This document shows, in pieces, positions 62,758 through 64,000 of a DNA stretch of 64,000 nucleotides. Within the stretch, counting starts at the first letter, position 1. Each line of letters opens with the position of its first letter. The position numbers and the translations under genes are program-made. Under the pieces are notes generated by a model that searched no databases, was not told the DNA's origin, and saw only the letters and a program-made list of their open reading frames with translations. Source of the stretch: Paraspadella gotoi (taxonomy: Eukaryota; Animalia; Chaetognatha); NCBI GenBank assembly GCA_051294375.1, contig CM119265.1, forward strand, positions 2,463,268 through 2,527,267, given 5' to 3'.

Positions 62758-64000
62758 TTTTCTTCCTTCCTTCCTCCTTTCCTTCCTTCCCTTCCACTCG
62801 TCATCATCCCCCCATTTCCTCACCTCCACGTGATAAGACAAATCCGCGGGCGAGCCGAAGCGGCTCGAGCACCACCTGCAGACGCTGAGGCCTTTGCCGC
62901 CGTGTCGCGTAACGGCGTGACGGACGAAAACCGCCTCTCTCTCGAAGTGACATCTTCGCCGGAAGGGGATGGGCCGGGCGGCGCAGAGGTGACAGAGGTA
63001 GACCTATGTTTTTCACGTAAGTTATAAAACCGAGATCCAGTGGCGCTATTTTCTAAAAGCGCTCAGTTTCTAAACTTATTTTTCGAGAACGCCCCCTTTT
63101 TTTTTTAAATTCGAAATTAGGTTAATTTGTTTTTTTTTTTAGATAATGTTAGGTTAAGGTTCAGGATTAGGTTAGGGATTGGTTTAAAACCTAATGAAAA
63201 TATTTCAACAAAATATTAAGATTAAAATTAAATTAGGGGGTAAACGAATGGAAATGGGGCACCCTTGTAAAAGAGAGAGCCGAACTTCTTTTTAACTACG
63301 GCTTCCGTCGTGACTAAAATAAAACCACCAAAGCCAGTCCAAATTCAGCGAATGAATGGATAATTTTTATATTGGTTGTACCAATTTCAATAAAACTCTT
63401 CAAAAAGAGGTCCCTCACCCTGTTCCCCAAAACTAGATCATACCTTGTCCCCGTGATTCTCGTAAATGTGTCGGTTCTTCTGAAAGGTGGCCTCGAACGT
63501 CTCTCCCGCTCCCTCGACAGTCCCTTCCTCCCCCGCCTCCTTCGCCTTCTCGACCTCGGCCTCGCAAAACTCGCAGCGGATCGCCCACTTGACGTGATCG
63601 AGATCTCGGTGAAGGGCGAGGTTGTGAGAGGTGGTGAAACGGCGCGGGCAGAGCGGGCAAGGATGGAGGCGGGCGTCGGGCGGAGAGTGGCGGGAATCCT
63701 CGTGAAGGAGGAGGGTGTTGGGATGGAGGAAGTCGGCCGGACACGAAGGGCAGGCGAGGGTGAAGAGGCGGTGGAACGTCTGGAGTGGGGGGGGGGAGGA
63801 ATGAATGAACGAATGAATGATTGGTTAATGGAAATTTATTCTCAACTCCTCATCAATTTTTGTGGTCAGAAAGATGATTCAGTGGTTGTTGCCAAAACTG
63901 GTATCCTCCGGTATCCAGACTCCGCCCCCCTCGCACAAACCTTGAAGTGAGAGATGAGATACTCGAACCGGGCGTGGGCGACTTTGCATCCAACCACGTG
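61810..64000 (-). CDS. Multi-C2H2 zinc-finger protein, 5' partial
   Basis: Exons 63444-63779, 62824-63003 and 61810-62643 join in phase 0 with GT-AG, plus a probable further exon near 63900-64000. Fingers include CPSC..HEDSRH, CPLC..HRDLDH, CLKC..HRMNRH, CPQC..HIRGIH, CPLC..HVEAAH, CCVC..HEKRVH. Confidence 0.85.

Overview
Animal (metazoan) genomic DNA with GC-rich exons and AT-rich, microsatellite-laden introns. The assembly is error-rich and long-read gap-filled, with three 25-N gaps flanked by noisy duplicated sequence. Protein genes: three copies of an 8-exon SLC22-type MFS transporter (copies 1 and 2 are probably one locus assembled twice; copy 3 is a true paralog); the 5' 37 exons of an axonemal dynein heavy chain (DNAH2-like, + strand, 27599 to beyond the window); and a C2H2 zinc-finger gene on the minus strand, apparently nested in a dynein intron. 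RNA genes: two tRNA-Gln(TTG), one atypical tRNA-Gln(CTG), and a ~290-nt Pol III-type structured RNA with an SRP-like Alu domain but no canonical S domain. Main discovery: at least four different dispersed repeat families, most with a tRNA-derived head, each carry a circularly permuted (type P5) twister ribozyme, with compensatory changes in both pseudoknots. About ten copies lie in this window, several inside introns in sense orientation. DINE-1/HINE-like elements, TIR elements and minisatellites are also present. All calls were made by eye, without database searches.
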